Assembly: GCA_002633005.1 (NCBI GenBank)
Contig: NMRA01000297.1
Coordinates: forward strand, 462,993-526,992
Direction: 5' to 3'
Origin: Phoronis australis
Taxonomy: Eukaryota; Animalia; Phoronida
DNA: 64,000 bases
In this document: positions 13,672 to 26,652 of the stretch, in pieces
How the letters are laid out: each line of letters starts with the position of its first letter
Numbering within the stretch: position 1 is the stretch's first letter
Program-made: the position numbers and the translations under genes
Notes under the pieces: model-generated
Database searches by the model: none
The model's input: only the letters and a program-made list of their open reading frames with translations
What the model was told of the DNA's origin: nothing

Positions 13672-15525
13672 GTAAGACAAAAGCTGTTTCAATGAACAAT
13701 GCTTTAAAGCTGCTGTGAATTTGATTTCTGAAGCAAATGAATATCTTTCGATTCAGATCACGTACGCTATAAAACTGGCGTCAACTTGTTCCTAGCTCCG
13801 ACTCCTGTTAGAACTGATTGGCAAAATTTGACAGTTGGTTATTGGTTGAGACCATACTGAGCGAATACAATGTCTCGCCCGGAAAAAATGAGCAAATAAA
13901 ATGACTCGACCTGTAAAGTCAACTTGAAGATGGACTAAATCAGTAACAAATTATCAGTTGTTCACAAACTCAGAAATTATTTCCAATCTGAGTGTGGTGT
14001 GGTGTCTTAGACACAGGGTAGATGTGTAGTTAGTGTAGCTTAGCGTAGTTAGTGGTGGCAGTTTCTAGCTTTCAGCTTCTACGACCAAATAATCCTCCGG
14101 GACGAATTTGGAAGGCATGTGTAAGACCTGCCATAACTACCTCTAATAAAGACTTTTACAGCACCTCCTCGTGAAACACCATTGTAACTGGGCACACCTG
14201 CGGCCCCAGGTTAAATTTTGCAAGGTATCTTGGAAGAGGTTAGGCTCTTAAAGGTGCAACGTGCATGACCCATCAGTGTATGGATATGCTCTGTCGTTCA
14301 CCAACCTACATGTAACTCCCAGCTATGGGCAAATAGTACACTTCATGTATTGGGCTCAAAGCTTGCTACCTTGTCCTGTAAAAAACTAGCTCTTGTGGTT
14401 GAGCGGGCGAAGTGCCTTTCGGATCCTCTCCACATCCCTGCACTCAAAGGTCAGAAGAACTGCAGAGAGCTGCAGATGGAGCCGACCTCACCATCAGAGC
14501 GGACGAAGTGTGTGTTGGAAACCCTCCTTGTCCCAGGCACTCAACGCTCAGAAGAGCAGCAGACGTCTTCATGGTCAGGGTTCCAGGAGGAACCACTTCT
14601 GGCTACCACATCGTGTCAGTGAACACACCAGTGCGTGGCAGTTTACTGATTCTTGGCCATCACCTCAACGGCGTCGGGTAGGCATCAGGGGCCACGCATG
14701 ACGGTGGGAGGGGTTCCTTAACCCCTATTGGTCGGTTGCCGCCCGCCTCAAGCCTGGCAGCCCAAGGCCAGTAGGGAACTGACCCGCCGGGCTTAGCTTG
14801 TCCCTTTGCGCGTATGAGGCTCAGAGGTTTCAGCTTCGACAGGCTTATCATTACACGATCGCCTGTTCAAAACATACTACAGATTGAAGTAAACGAATGA
14901 TGGAGGGCGCGACTGGGAAAATGCAGCCGAACAGAACATCCGCCGTGGCGCCAGAAAGCGCGGACCTAGAAAGAAACGCAGCGGTAAAAGAGCTGGCAAA
15001 CGTGCCAGACAACTCAAGTACCAATGGCCTGGCGTACGCAATCAGCAAAGACAACCAGGCAATGGGAGAGCTTGTGGATACTCGCAGTTTCACTACCACT
15101 GGCAGACAACTGCAGATTGTAAGCCTCTCTGATCCTAATTTCTGCGACCCATTCACACTACTCAATTTGTATGTATGGGGTAACTCCTCCCTTAGATGTT
15201 ACCATTGGAATTTTCTCCACAATCTATATCACGTCTATCCTGACATTATCATTGTTAGGGACTTTAATACTCGGCATCTGGCATGTTTACGGTGTGAACC
15301 AGAACGGTAAAAGGTCTTGGTGAATGCCTTCAGGAACTAGATTTATATGTTCTAAACTCTGGTGAACCCACAAGGATGGTTGAGAGACCGGGTGACAAGG
15401 ACTCGTGCACTGACCTTGCTTTGAGCAGTGTCAGTCTTTGCGACCATGCTGAGTGGCGTAGGAGTTGTCAAGCTGTACAGTAAGTGATCACAACGTGTGT
15501 GATGTTCAACTACACCACCAATAAA

Positions 15526-17029
15526 AGGAGAATGCCACCCAAAAAACAACCTTTTTCTATCAATTTAGATAGAGTAGTTTTACTCGATGGTTTCAGAAGC
15601 TCACAACACGGGTTACTGGTGTCAGATTATCGCTTGAATTCATCGTTTAACACCAAAAAATCATCAAACTTATGTAAAACTCTTAAAAATACACCGAGTC
15701 GTTTTATTTCGCTGTTGCGGATTTACTAGTATTTGGACACTCCGTAGCCTACTAAGTTCGGCAGGCCAATTACCAAGGTCCGTAGCAGGAGTTTGGGGTC
15801 TGTTCGGAGATAAATTTGAAGTAATCTTCCGTGAAATACAGAAAGGAGAACCTAGACCTGTGTTGTTTAGACTTGTGATATTTATAGTTCTAAACACACA
15901 AAACGCTTGTTATCCCGACCCGTGGCTGGGAGTCCAATCACGCCCGTGGCGGCCGTCGGGACTGAAAACATCACGAACATAAACCAGCCAAAGTTGGAAA
16001 CTAAACTTCCAGTCACGAAAATACTATACTAGTGAGCCAAAGAAGCAATGTACACGTGATTACATTGGTGAATTAGCCACAAAACTGCAAATCTACTTAC
16101 TCGTCGAGGACCGCAAATTCTGGTTCCTCTTTGGCCACAGAATCGTCAGGGTAGAAGTTGTACATTGACAATCATTATTTGAATAATGTATATGTAAATA
16201 AGGATTCCCCTAACACCTGGCCGTGGGATAGAAAATCGAGTTATTGTTTCACAACAGTTTCTGTCAGCAAATAAATTAGCATGCGCTCACACCGCCTCGG
16301 TGTCCGGACAATTAGTTATATTGCACCTAAAGCCGGTAACGCAGTGATTTATTCATTGCTGGCTTCTCAAATCATTGGCACTCACAAACACTCAAAAGGC
16401 ATTACAAATTGCATATAACGATACAGTTTTATATAAGCATTGGTTTGGGGTGAGAATAATTCATTTTGGAACAGAACGATCAGTAATAAACGTCAACATG
16501 GCAACTCGCAATTCCGCCTTGGAGGAGTACTCATTTGACGAAGACTTCCCAGGTAGATCGCACCATAATGGAAACGACTAACGCTTGGGTTTGTTGCCAC
16601 GAAATTCAACATGTGAAACGCCTTCTTGGAGAAGCAAGACGGGATTCGTCACTGAAATTACTGTCCTCGAAATGCCGGCCACAGACACGGAGATGTTTCA
16701 CGGCCTCGCACTTGGTATGACCGCCGTACTTTTCATTTTTTACTGCCACGAGCCACTTATGAAGCATTTCGGGCTCTCGAGGAAATCGTAAAAACGATGT
16801 ACCCGCTTTCCTCGCAGCTTCATAGTTCGCACAAGAGGTAACGACACACCGCACCATGGCGGCACTCACTCTGCAGGTGAACCACTGACGTCGCTGCGGA
16901 GTTTCTCACCTTTCTGACAGGTTAACGCGACACCTCTCGGAAAGGTAAGGTCGACCGTGTACGAGCCGATGTGGCCACAGACCGATTAAAACGGTAAAAA
17001 AGACTAATTAAATCGGGTGGCATTGTCCT
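15526..17029 (-). mobile_element. Kolobok-like THAP element copy 2 (uninterrupted, about 1.5 kb)
   Basis: taaa|aggagaatgccaccc ... gggtggcattgtcct|TTAA; interrupts the LINE just after the endonuclease SDH motif. Confidence 0.85.
16606..16857 (-). CDS. Stand-alone THAP domain ORF (83 aa) in Kolobok-like copy 2
   Basis: gccgccATGG start context; MVRCVVTSCANY...FLRFPREPEMLHKW...LRVCGRHFEDSNF with all C2CH ligands and the conserved P, W, F. Confidence 0.65.
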   Translation of the reverse strand: MVRCVVTSCANYEAARKAGTSFLRFPREPEMLHKWLVAVKNEKYGGHTKCEAVKHLRVCGRHFEDSNFSDESRLASPRRRFTC

Positions 17030-19819
17030 TTAATGGGTCCAGTAACATTTGTGCAACGCCCCTACAATCAAACCAGAAGGAATGAAATCTGGAATTCATT
17101 GTGTAGACATGCCAAAAACCTACATAAGCACCTACGCCGCCTAAGGCGGAGAATGCTCCTACTTGGTAAAATAAAGATGTTTACACCGCCTTTGCTAACA
17201 AGAAGTCAAAAGATGGGCATTTTGATCGTGCACGCCAAAAATGCACACCTGAAGAGTTTAAGGTTGTTCGAATGGCCAGAAACAGAGCCACGGCGGTCCT
17301 GTTCAAACGGTCACCATCTGAGGCTGCCAACCGTCGATGTGATGAGCTTCGTAGCCGATCCAAATCGACAGCTACAGGTGCAACTTTCTGGCACTTCCAT
17401 CGTAACATGGTCAAGAGACGCGCTCCTCCTAGGTTCCCCCTGCTGAATGCAAACGACATCATTCTCAGGAGTGACAGCGAACAGGGTGAGGCTTTTCTCA
17501 TGTGTTTCATCCGGCAAAGTGACCACAGCGATCAATCTGAAACAGACCACCTCATCCGACAACTAGACGACTTTGCAGGACTACTGAATTTGACTGGCAA
17601 TTCTTTGCAGCAGATGTTGCGGACGCTATCAAAACTTACCAAGTGGGTGCCCCTGGCCCGGATGGCGTGAGAGTCATGACACTCAAGTCTGACTTTCTGC
17701 TAGCAAAGTTTGTGAAGTCCTACAAAGACAGTTTGGCCAGTGGAATCATCCCTCACATTTGGACAGATGCCTTCTTAAGTCCAGTACCAAAATCTGGAAA
17801 GGACCATCGCACTCTCAAGGGATATCGCACCATAGTACTGCAGAACGTCATTGGGAAAATCCTTGAAAAGATAATTGCGCAAATAATCACCAAGCTTATT
17901 GAACCCTGGCTCCTCCTAGGAATGGGTGCTTATCGACAAGGTCCAGATTCATGGGCCAATGCAGCAAGGTTTTGAAAACAAAAAAATACTCTGCTCGCTG
18001 GCCTTGATTTAGAAGTTGCTTACAAATCTGTTCAGCTTCCAAAACTTGCGGATGGCATGTTTCATCTCGGTATTCGTGTACGTTGCATGAGATGGGTGAT
18101 GAGCGCCCTCACAAGCCGGCGACGCATGCTAAAACATCGCGTGTTGCATTCGCAATGGATATCTGTCAATACAGGCTTACCTCAAGGTTCACGTCTGCCC
18201 CCAGTGCTGTTCAATATCTACACCCTCCCACTCACCAGACTGAAGCGCCGACTGCCAAGTTCGTACCGTTGCAGATGATATGTTGCTGACATGACAAGAA
18301 CAAACACATCACGGGATTCCCCACAAAGCGCAATCTACACTGATGAAAATCTGCAAATATTGTGTTACCAGCGGAATGAGCTGCAATGGGGACAAGTATG
18401 AAACTCTCTTCTGTAGTCTGGGCAATCGCCTCAGTGTCGACGATTCCCTTGTCCTACCTACATCTGACAAGATGCGTCACTTGGGTGAAGAGCTCTACTA
18501 TAGGCTCGACTTCACAGCTCAAGTAAACAGTATGATCAGACGTGCTAACAGAGGAATCAACGCTCTTGGGGCTGCGGTCGGTCGGAAGGCGAGGAAAGCC
18601 ACCTCGTCAGGCTTTATTAAGCCTTCTCCACTTCGGTCTTCGACTACGCGCTCCCCATGATCAACATCAGTAAAAATCAAATCAATATACTTGAGGGACT
18701 CCAAAACACTGGTCTTCGCGTCATCACTGGATGTACGAGATCGACTTCAGTGTCAGCTTTGCGCTACCTTGTCGGTGTTCCCAGCATTGTAGACAGACAG
18801 TCTCTTCTATAGGGTATTACTGTAGTCAAGGCTAATAAAGGCCACTTCCATCCTTCACACAGTTAAGTGAAGACTGCGCTTGACAGATGTTTGCCCCCGT
18901 CCTCGCAACAGCAGCGTATCCCCTTCGCCCTAGACCTTTCCGCAGTGCGTCCTACAAAAGAATTAGAAGATGCTCGTGGACTTTCGCTGCTGTAAACGCA
19001 ACCATGGGCCTCATCGGCAAACACATGATCGCACAGGCTACTGCTTGGATGCCGTACAAGAACTGGGTGAGAGACCAAGGCATCGCTTTCAACAGGGATC
19101 TCAGGAATGGCCCCCTGGATTAGCCTGATTGGGCTAACCAAATACTTTGTGCTGACAACGTCACTGTGGAAGGCAGTGGCTGCCGTCATGTACATGTATA
19201 CACACTCAAGCTGTACACGAATGACGTTTGAGGCTATACAACGTGCCCTAATAATCATGGGGTCGTATCATGGCCGAGTGGTGACTGCGTAATGCATAGA
19301 TGACGATTAAAGGCTTTATGTTAGTCATCGGCATTGAAAGCGCGTGGTCTCTACACCATAAGATAACACCGGAATCTAGAAGTAAAATGTCTATGCCTGT
19401 AGCCCAAACTACCGCCGGGGTTTATAGCATTGAGAGAGCCCCCCAAAATAGTAGTGCGACGTGAATGTCTTAAAACCAACCAAAAAACAAAACAGCAGAG
19501 AATGGGATTGTTATTTGCTACTTTGGTGTATTTTCTAGAATAGTAAGGATCAAGTGCAGGCATTTTCAAATTTTGAATTGAAAGTGATCTTCAAATATCT
19601 TGTTCATCAAGTTCCAGTTTGCTTGTGGAGTGGTGAACTGACTAGACATGCGTGCGTGCACACGTGTGTGCGTGTCCGTTCGTTTAAATTCAGTACACGC
19701 CGACTATTAATTCACTGACTACTCTGTCGTTTCTCAAAAATCAGTCTTTTAGTTACCGTGTTTTCTTGCACTGAGAAATCCTCGAATCTTCACATTATTA
19801 GGCAAGTCTAGACCTAATT

Positions 19820-20440
19820 AAAACTTTGGTCAATGAAGAGAGTCTTTTCTTGTAAATCAATATCAGTGGTGCACAGCCTCGCAGATTTCTTACGAGTAAC
19901 AATCTTGATGGAAAAGATTTCCAAGGTTATATGTCCGAAGATTTGCTACCTTCGAAAGTTCACTACTTCGATTATCCAAAATTCCGAAACCAGAACTCCT
20001 ACAGTTCATTACTCTGATTTTTCTACTAATAATTCGGAACTGACATGAATAAAGTATTGTATTTGTATCCTTTTGGTAACCATTTGCAGTGGAGGATTTA
20101 GAGGGGGCAAGAGGGTCATGCCCCCCCCTAAAATTCTCCCTGATATCATATGGCAGTTAGGGTTGCGATTTCCTGACTAGAATATGCGCGCACCCAGGGG
20201 ATTTGGGGGGCGAATGCTCAATGCATAGATGCACAGGCCTTGAACACATCCCATTTACCGTTCTTACCCAAAAATTCGAGACCCCTGCATTTTAGGCTGG
20301 GCCACAATATGTGGCGAAATTTTGGTTATTCCTGTGCCCTGTCCCCCTCCCAACTAAAAATCCTGGATCCGCCCCTGATTTGAAGGGTGGGCAAGAGTTC
20401 AATAACACCAAAACATTGATTTACATTGTTTACAAAAGAG
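19820..20440 (+). repeat. Interspersed repeat, homologue at about 37830-38130
   Basis: Shared ctttggt..gaaga, tcagtggtgcaca.cctcgcaga, agatttccaag, gaactgacat, gtaaccatt. Confidence 0.75.
20087..20377. mobile_element. MITE with CAG..CTG ends and 5-bp TSD
   Basis: ATTTG|cagtggaggatttag ... ctggatccgcccctg|ATTTG; empty site visible in the homologous repeat at about 38056-38075. Confidence 0.85.
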
Positions 20441-20979
20441 CTCATTTCCAATTACTGGCAATCGGGATTCTTGAATCTTACTAAAGACTCTTTCTCAATT
20501 AGGGACATCTGGAGCACGGGTCCGGGATGCGGAAACCAACGGCGGTTTTAAATTTAAGAAGACTGAATGAGACTTCGTGAATACTGGCAGGGACAGGGTA
20601 GCCTATTTACTACAATTGGTTTCGACCCGGCAGTGCGAGTAGTTCCGGTTGGTGAGGTTGAAGCGTAGTGGCCCTAAACTTTTCTGTCGCGCTGTGAGAT
20701 GATGCAATCTTGACGTGGGGTTGATGAATGTATCGTGCTTGATAATTCATCAACAGTCCTATTTCATATTCTTTTAGAAATGCAAATACGTATTCATCTT
20801 TCCGCATTCGTAAAACATGCGCACAGTTTCACATGCACATGAAATCCAAACGAATTGATTTAAGAGCCCGGTGTATTGTTGTCGGTATAGTTGTATCTAA
20901 TAAACGAAGTGCCGCTTATTTTTACATCTAAAAGTATAACAGTTATAACCGAGTCAGAAATTTTAGACATTTTCTGTGT

Positions 20980-21064
20980 AGTGAACCTTCGGGGTGGTGA
21001 ACCTTCGAAGTACATTGTTGTGAACCTTCGGTATAGTGAACCCTCCGAATAGTGGACTGTTCCC
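20980..21064. repeat. Subterminal repeats and terminus of a non-autonomous DNA element
   Basis: Four gtgaaccttcg units ending gaatagtggactgttccc. Confidence 0.5.
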
Positions 21065-21959
21065 ATTTCCAGCGATGTAAGCAGCTTTTAACAAAAGTAC
21101 AATCAGATGAAAAATTACGTCAAGTCATGCTCCGATTAACTTTTACCGTCCGAGCATGTAATGAGGTAATCACTCATTTATAAAAACCCGATTTGAAAGT
21201 TTGGCAGGAGGTACATGTAACGCGAGAACGTTTGGCCTATATTTACCTGCGAATGTGAGTCCCTTATTTTTGCAAGCAACTGTCACGACATCCTCATTTC
21301 TGGTATTACAAATTCTGTCTCATCTCAGGAAGATATATGGCTGAGAGCCATCGTTCCCTTCCCCACAATTAAGCTTCAAACGCTTTATCGAAAACTCGAG
21401 TGTCAGCGTTTGTAAAAGGTCCACCTTTCTAGAAATTCGAACCACCCCTCCCCCTCAGTGCTGGCTATGGGCCTGTTATAATAGTTAGTGACCTTGTTGA
21501 CAGTTAAGTTACTTGTCAAAATGATGGAGCTCATGGCAGTGTTTTTGATGGAGCAAACAGCCTGGCTTTTCAAAAGCGATGTCATACATAACATGTCTTT
21601 CCCTACCGCTGTGACAGGTTAATTTTATTTAGGACTTAATAGGCAGAGGTGAGTGACCACACCAGAGCAGTTTCACTTGATGACTGCCACGAATGACCGC
21701 TACTTGTATATTCATTTAGGCAGTGTCAGCTGGCAGCGAGACAAACTATTGTTGCTAAAAGTAAGGTGAAGTAAACCTATGCCGTGCTTCCTCTTGTTGG
21801 GTCCATACCTTCCATTTGAAGGTGAAATCTTCCTATCCAAGCTCTGTGCACCCTCTTCTTGGTCTGTTCTCCCAATTTGAATGTGAATGCTTCCTAGCCA
21901 AGGTCTAGACTTCCTATTCCATCATTGGAAAAATTGCCTCTGTCGTTGAATACTTGTAG

Positions 21960-22055
21960 AAATTGACGACTGCGAATCATCTCCTTGTCAAAATAATGGA
22001 ACTTGTATTGACGGCAGCGCCACCTACACGTGTGAATGCAAACCAGGATACGCAG
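21960..22055 (+). CDS. Exon: Ca-binding-type EGF domain (Cys1-5)
   Basis: tacttgtag|..GCAG|gtaaca; [33 protein letters not shown]; missed by the ORF track. Confidence 0.92.
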
Positions 22056-23385
22056 GTAACAGCTATTTGTGAACCATAAGGCATGTTTATTATGACTTCA
22101 TTTTCACGTTTTGGGCACAGTCGAATAAAATTCAAATGCATACAAAGAATAAAATAATTTAGCTAGCGTTTACATATTGTTTTAAATTACTGCTGAACAC
22201 TCTCAAATTAAAAAAGTAGCTGGTCAAACTGTTTTGCATTATCATGTCCAAACAGGGTCACCTATTGCCATGACACGGCATCACTAAACATCCTTTCACT
22301 GTGTTAGTTTGCACCACCATCTGATGGCACTTACTTTGAAACATTATACGATTGAAAAACTCTCTTCCTCCCTCCTTCCATACCCCCCTCCTCTCACTGT
22401 ATCCCGCTTCCCATCACCCCCCTCCCTCTGTCGCTCTGCAAGTCAGGGCTGTTGGAGTCGAAATTGATTGCCCTATATCAGGTTGCAAAAGGCACCTCCA
22501 TGATATCATTTGGACAAAAATGGTGATCCCGTTTAAAACTTCCACACACCTGCATTAATTTGATTATATAATGTAAACTTTCACAAGAAACAAAAACAGT
22601 GATTTCAAAACCCTCGTGTGTCCTTGACCTTCAATGTCCTTACAAGTGTCACTCCGATTAACATAGGGATGAAACCAAAGATCTTCAGTTTCCCTCAAGT
22701 GGTTCAACAATTTCAATTTATGCTAAAAAGGGCCTAAATAATTTTGCAAATAAGGGTTATTGATGTCTAAATTGCGTGGCCTATAGAAGATCGGAGAAGC
22801 TCCTTCAATTGGTATTTTGAACAAAGAATATTGATTTCTTATAACACTACACATGCCGTTTTGACTGTTAGGATATTATCTTGTTAGAATTAAAAATAAG
22901 TCTAGCATCCCTGTATTCATAGCGATCAAGAACAAATCACCAGATTATATAAGGAAATTCATGAGATTTGCTGTCATATAAGTTATATGAAAGTCGGTAG
23001 AGCTGTGCTACATATTTCGACTTGGTGCTTAGAGCAACTTTGAACTTGCTCTGTCAATATAATCTGGGGTGCATTTGACCAAAATGTAATAAGTCCTTCG
23101 TAATTGAGGCGAGATGATGCTAGATCACGTAGTAAAATTTTAGTGTTTCGTGGCTAACCTCGTGATCATAGTACGGGACCCCTGTCCCCTAGAAAAGGTC
23201 TCAAATGAAGTGCATGGTTGGTCAGGCCGCTGCATTGAATTTTGGATGGAAAATCCTTATTTCTTCTACATTCATTTACATTTCTCATGACCAGTGACTC
23301 GTGAGTGGCAACCGTTTCGGAACACACCCCTGATATTCGTTCGTGGCATTAGACTTCATTTATTTTAATTTGATTATTCGCCCAG

Positions 23386-23517
23386 GTATCAGCTGTACAG
23401 ACTATGATTGCGTTTTGCACAATTGTGAACACAACGCCACTTGCGTCGGATATGATTACGGATACAACTGCTCTTGTACAGACCAATTTGTCGGTGACAG
23501 GTGTCAGCACATGAGGG
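23386..23517 (+). CDS. Exon: last Cys of previous EGF plus a complete EGF
   Basis: cgcccag|..AGGG|gtattt; GISCTDYDCVLHNCEHNATCVGYDYGYNCSCTDQFVGDRCQ. Confidence 0.9.
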
Positions 23518-23823
23518 GTATTTTTCATCTTTTATTCTTTTGCATTTCGTCATGACTCGTATTACCTTTAAGTAAACATAAACCAGAAGCTCACGAATAA
23601 GAAAAAGTTATGCCTTAACCATTTTGCGGAGTAGTGATATAATCAGCTATTGCTACTATTTCTCTTCTTGATTTTTAACAGAAATCAAATGAGCCGCTGC
23701 AAATTCGTTTACTACGCTCCGTGTATGAGTCTACTTTCGTATAAAGGTGAACATTCAGTTAGAAACCTAAGAACGTGTACTTGAATGAATGCCACTTGTA
23801 TACTGTTTTGCGTGTCACTTCAG

Positions 23824-23994
23824 TTCATGGTGGATGGACTTCCTGGGGTGAGTATTCCCGTTGTAGCGCTACCTGTGGGAACGGACAGAGGCAACGAAAC
23901 CGAACTTGTAACAATCCAAGTCCAGCTTACGAAGGGCAGACGTGCGAAGGTGCTTCTGTAGATATCGAAACGTGTAACGTATTGCATTGTCCAG
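23824..23994 (+). CDS. Exon: thrombospondin type 1 repeat 1
   Basis: cacttcag|..CCAG|gtgtgt; VHGGWTSWGEYSRCSATCGNGQRQRNRTCNNPSP...CP. Confidence 0.93.
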
Positions 23995-24164
23995 GTGTGT
24001 AGCGTCTACAAGAAGTGTAAAGAGTAGTCTGGGTCTGAATTATGATTAAATCTCATTTCAATCTATCAAAGCAAATTGTATATTTTCTTACACAGGGAAA
24101 TAAATTTACACATAAATTTGATGGAGGCACCAGTGGTTTCAACCAAATTTCTTGAAGAGCCGAG

Positions 24165-24382
24165 GATGGACTGTACCGTCCGGGATGGGATGGATTGAAA
24201 TTCTGCGATTGACTGTACAGCATGGGGTGGACTGTACAATCTGGAATCGACTTTACAGTCTGGGTTGGACTGTACAGTATAGATGGACAGTACAACATGG
24301 GGTGAATTGTACGTTCTGGGATGGACTTTACATTATCGGATGGACTGAACAGTATGGGATGGACTGTACTGTGTGGGGTGAA
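24165..24382. repeat. Minisatellite, about 21-bp unit (tggactgtacagtatggg..)
   Basis: About 10 degenerate copies. Confidence 0.8.
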
Positions 24383-25635
24383 CTGAAAAGTCTCCTTGAA
24401 GAGGTCGGTTGGGAATTTCTAATGGTATCCTGAAATTGTTTTCCTACCTGTAGGTCCTTCCGTGTGTTATGTGTACTCATTAATACTGCATTCTTAACGT
24501 GTCCTTAAACTCACCATAAAATCCCATGGAGTGAAGCAGTCTGTGCTGTCGGCGGTTAACGATAAGGGTCGTCAAAATGCAGTGAATGAAGAAGTATGCA
24601 TGAGCTCTAAGGATTTGAAGCCATGGTTTGCAATGTTTCTAGGAAAAACGGTTATTGTTTCTATATTACATTTAGAGAATTATGTACTAAGCACATGCGG
24701 CTTTGGGGATTATTTGTGTCGGTATCAAAGATTAAGATTCGTTTCGATGTATAACTTACAAAAAATCAGTAACCTACCACGATGCGTCTAGCCATACTCC
24801 CAGATGGAAATTTGTGGCCATCCCAAATTACAACGTCGGACCTTTTCAATAGCAGATATATTAACACTCCTTTCCATGTTATTGTTTATGTATAAAATTC
24901 AATAAATATAATTCATTGCACATCACAAATTGGCAATAATTAATGCAGATTAACGGATTAGCTTCCCAGTGGTCATTTTTGAAAATGTGCACATGAGTCA
25001 ATTGACCCACGGGGCCTCAAATTTATGGGGCAATTTAGAAGTCGTTTTTTAATTTAATTTAATTTTCTGAGGACGGCATCTTGGTCCAGAGATTTCGACT
25101 ACTAATCCAGTATGTTGCATGGCATTTAATTGGTACTGTCCATAGACATCACATAGTAGTGTTAAGATGTCTATGGTACTGCCCTTGTTGTTTTGGTCAA
25201 AAACATACTACTATTGAACATCTGTTTTATATAGTTGTGTCAGAATATGATTGCAATAATTAGCATTTTGAAGCAAAAATAGATTTGATTGTTTTATACG
25301 TTATCGTTAACACAATTTCAATGCGCTTTTTGGCCTGAGTTGAGCAATCACATTGCGTCAGTGAAAATGTCTGCGTGCCAATGACGCGGGCGTGCTCCTA
25401 AAATTACCTCAGACATCCAACCACGAGTATATTTCCAAAGACTTTGTACTACATGTGTGCTGAAGTGACATTGAATTACTTTACTGAAGCTGTTGTGTTG
25501 TGGCTTACAAGTCTTAGTTAAGTCTTTTTCCATGAAACAGATCACTGGTGATATTTTGAAGTAAAGTTTGTTCACACACTGTTCTAGCATTTTTATGCTT
25601 TCAGAAATCATTCGTTCAGTTGATGACTATTTTAG

Positions 25636-25806
25636 TGAAAGGGAGTTGGTCGCAATGGTCTGATTGGTCGAACTGCTCACGTGACTGTGGCGGCGGGTTT
25701 CAGAACAGATCTCGTTGGTGTGACAATCCAGCGCCTTCTTTCAATGGAGAAAGCTGTGATGGTGTCAGCAAAGAAAAAAGGCAATGTGTCTTTACAATGT
25801 GCCCAG
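25636..25806 (+). CDS. Exon: thrombospondin type 1 repeat 2
   Basis: tattttag|..CCAG|gtacaa; KGSWSQWSDWSNCSRDCGGGFQNRSRWCDNPAP...CP. Confidence 0.93.
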
Positions 25807-25967
25807 GTACAAACATACCAAACGTCGCCTGTAAAAAGCTTATTTTCATTGACACGTTAATTTGTTTCATTATCTCGGATCTTATTTTGTAGAGTATTTG
25901 GCGCCATGTTGAGGAAATGATGAAAGACACTGCATTATGATCTGTGTTTTTAAACCTATTCTTTCAG

Positions 25968-26138
25968 TCAATGGTGGTATTGGCTTTTGGTCTGCTTGGT
26001 CAACCTGCGCTGTAACATGTGGTGGAGGACACCAGGTCAGAAATAGGTCATGTGATAACCCTCCGCCATTACACGGTGGACGGGACTGCCAAGAGATCAG
26101 ACAGGAAGAAAGAGAGTGCAGTACCAACCAATGTCCAC
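25968..26138 (+). CDS. Exon: thrombospondin type 1 repeat 3
   Basis: ctttcag|..CCAC|gtaagc; NGGIGFWSAWSTCAVTCGGGHQVRNRSCDNPPP...QCP. Confidence 0.93.
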
Positions 26139-26287
26139 GTAAGCTGGAATTCGAATTTGCCCGACATGGCTGAACATTCAATAAACACCATATGGAAATT
26201 TGGAATGAAGCTTGACGGTTAAAATTGTTTGATGACAAATTGCGACTTTGTAAGGTTTGATTGCAAATTAAAAGTTTTGTGTTTCAG

Positions 26288-26383
26288 CTCCACCTCCATG
26301 TGACTTTCTTCCGTGCCAGAACAACGGGACATGCGTGAACAACGGGTCTGACTTCCTGTGCATATGTCCTCTTGGACTTGAAG
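26288..26383 (+). CDS. Exon: EGF domain (Cys1-5)
   Basis: gtttcag|..GAAG|gtaaac; [31 protein letters not shown]. Confidence 0.92.
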
Positions 26384-26652
26384 GTAAACAAAATGGTTAA
26401 AATCAAAGTGACGATGTCTACATCAGTGGCAAAGGCAACAATGGCGGAGATGGTGGCATTGTTGGTGATACTGCCAACAGTAGTGTTGATGACTTACGTT
26501 AGTGACAATAGGACAACAAGTGTGGCGATGATGATGGCGATAATTGCGATGACTACAAACGAAGGCATCGACCATGATGGCAATAAAGTCATCAGGGTTA
26601 GTATGGCGATAACAACAAAGACACGACATCCAGCTGGGTGATACGTATAGAT

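Larger units (their letters stand above)
14020..19280 (+). mobile_element. Degenerate non-LTR retrotransposon (I-group, Ingi/Vingi-like; APE endonuclease + RT), split by Kolobok-like copy 2
   Basis: EN motifs DIIIVRDFN and SDHN (about 15484); RT motifs APGPDG, PKSGKDH..YRTIVLQNVIGKILEKII, LDLEVAY, GLPQGS..PVLFNIY, VADD (about 18270), thumb VFDYALP..QNTGLRVITG; many frameshifts; outer boundaries approximate. Confidence 0.85.

Noticed and set aside
24152-24433. Trp/Gly 7-aa repeat ORF
   Set aside because: Translation of a 21-bp minisatellite with no convincing splice sites
26372-26641. Met/Val-rich ORF with apparent TM segment
   Set aside because: Degenerate (GAT/GGT)n low-complexity intron sequence directly after a splice donor
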